A stretch of 64,000 nucleotides of DNA from Candidatus Latescibacterota bacterium (lineage in GTDB: Bacteria; Latescibacterota; UBA2968; UBA8231): contig CBDETK010000013.1 in assembly GCA_965242865.1 (NCBI GenBank), positions 2,208,001-2,272,000 of the forward strand, written 5' to 3'. Below the pieces are notes generated by a model. The model ran no database searches. It worked only from the letters and a program-made list of their open reading frames with translations, and was not told where the DNA came from. The position numbers were made by a program, and so were the translations under genes. Positions 63,627-64,000 of the stretch are shown piece after piece; the first letter of the stretch is position 1; each line of letters opens with the position of its first letter.

Positions 63627-63676
63627 GCAAATTGCGTACCAAAAAGCAGGGCATGCACAAAAAAATCCTTTAGGAT
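63627..63676 (-). promoter_or_regulatory. Sigma54-type promoter with upstream palindrome
   Basis: Minus strand TTGGTACG-CAAT-TTGC (63642-63627); ATCCTTTAGGAT at 63665-63676. Confidence 0.55.
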
Positions 63677-63762
63677 TGCCCTAAAGGATTGAAAAATATG
63701 GGACTTAAAATAATGGACGAGGCTTCTTACGAGCGGCAGCCTTAGCCCGTGGCGCAAGGCTT

Positions 63763-63821
63763 TACACGATTTTCCGTGGGTTCTACGCGACTTTCCGTGG
63801 ATTACACGACTTTCCGAGTGG
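63763..63821. repeat. Three imperfect ~20-bp direct repeats
   Basis: TAC(A/G)CGA(T/C)TTTCCG(TGG) at 63763, 63784 and 63803. Confidence 0.7.
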
Positions 63822-64000
63822 GCTGTTGCGTCGCCAAAAGTGTAGTAAGCGGTGCAGTATAGCTTCTTTCGGCGGAATTGGACAGCAGGGGTGCTTGGGG
63901 CTAAGGCTCTTTTCATAGCGGCCCATAAGCCCAATGATCGCAGAGATCGAGAATTAGACCGCTTGAGGGTATTCGGCCCAGCGCGCATCTGATTGTCGAT

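Overview
GC-rich bacterial chromosome segment with no rRNA, tRNA, CRISPR array or transposase recognised. Gene content (many secreted proteins with FlgD-Ig/'FSPNGDGVND' C-terminal domains, 'SWGxIK' C-terminal tails, CRTAC1/ASPIC-UnbV and TPR proteins) suggests an FCB-group organism such as Ca. Latescibacterota; this is inference only. Layout: (1) 0.6-16.8 kb: a monosaccharide ABC operon interleaved with P-loop NTPase genes. These include a translationally coupled pair, a 1704-aa STAND-type NTPase plus a 431-aa protein with a HEPN-like RNDLAH motif (best candidate for an undescribed defence/conflict system). Upstream sits an AT-richer SNF2-helicase + Hsp70/actin-fold cassette bracketed by two ~135-bp MITE/REP elements. 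(2) 16.9-46.5 kb: a ~30-kb cell-envelope cluster with six secreted proteins sharing a C-terminal sorting-like domain ending in Tyr, two paralogous ~950-aa putative outer-membrane proteins with Asp-rich Ca-binding-like motifs, a PPIase lipoprotein, TPR proteins and two CRTAC1-like proteins (second candidate system). (3) 46.5-57 kb: a tandem-repeat coiled-coil gene, sugar-acid catabolic enzymes, crcB, an AAA/DUF4143-type ATPase with a palindromic operator, and prpD. (4) 57-64 kb: UDG-dnaB-obgE, a PIN toxin with a fused antitoxin-like partner, an amidohydrolase, and twin sigma54-type promoters ahead of a Cys-rich secreted peptide and a broken TolB-like gene. All family assignments come from motif reading; no database searches were run.
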